A stretch of DNA of 20,000 nt. Origin: Perkinsus olseni. Lineage: Eukaryota. Below the pieces are notes generated by a model. It saw nothing but the letters and a program-made list of their open reading frames with translations. It was not told the DNA's origin and made no database searches. The position numbers and the translations under genes are program-made. The DNA lies in the NCBI GenBank assembly GCA_013115125.1, contig JABANN010000085.1:57398-77397 (forward strand), in the 5' to 3' direction. This document shows, piece by piece, positions 19,904 to 20,000 of the stretch. Within the stretch, counting starts at the first letter, position 1. The number at the start of each line of letters is the position of its first letter.

Positions 19904-20000
19904 TCTGGGGCCTATTTCAAAATTCTCTGACGAACTACACGAAGCCCGCGCAGTGTAGAGTGGTGCAAATACGGAGACGAAGCAAGCGCTCGCCTGCGGC

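Overview
Eukaryotic genomic DNA, inferred to be a Perkinsus-like alveolate from its short GT-AG introns and gene families. A multi-exon rotatin (RTTN)-like gene occupies ~3151-9454 (+) and an intact intronless secreted-protein gene lies at 10428-11219 (-). The rest is a decaying accessory region with four components: a pseudogene paralog of the secreted protein, a complete 815-bp TRIM-type miniature LTR retrotransposon followed by a related truncated LTR/gag-like fragment, three pieces of an NPEPL1-type M17 aminopeptidase pseudogene, and a pepsin-family (A1) protease pseudogene. The most striking signal is a stereotyped 22-bp 'zig-zag' motif: the first 7 nt of an 8-mer, then the reverse complement of the 8-mer, then its last 7 nt, giving a net +14 bp. 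By eye I found 8 exact copies, 7 with one mismatch and several degenerate or extended ones. I saw none in the intact exons. This geometry is what hairpin-forming hAT-type transposon excision predicts. The reconstructed 8-mers fit the nTnnnnAn target preference, and paralogs in the window show the empty site. All counts are manual.
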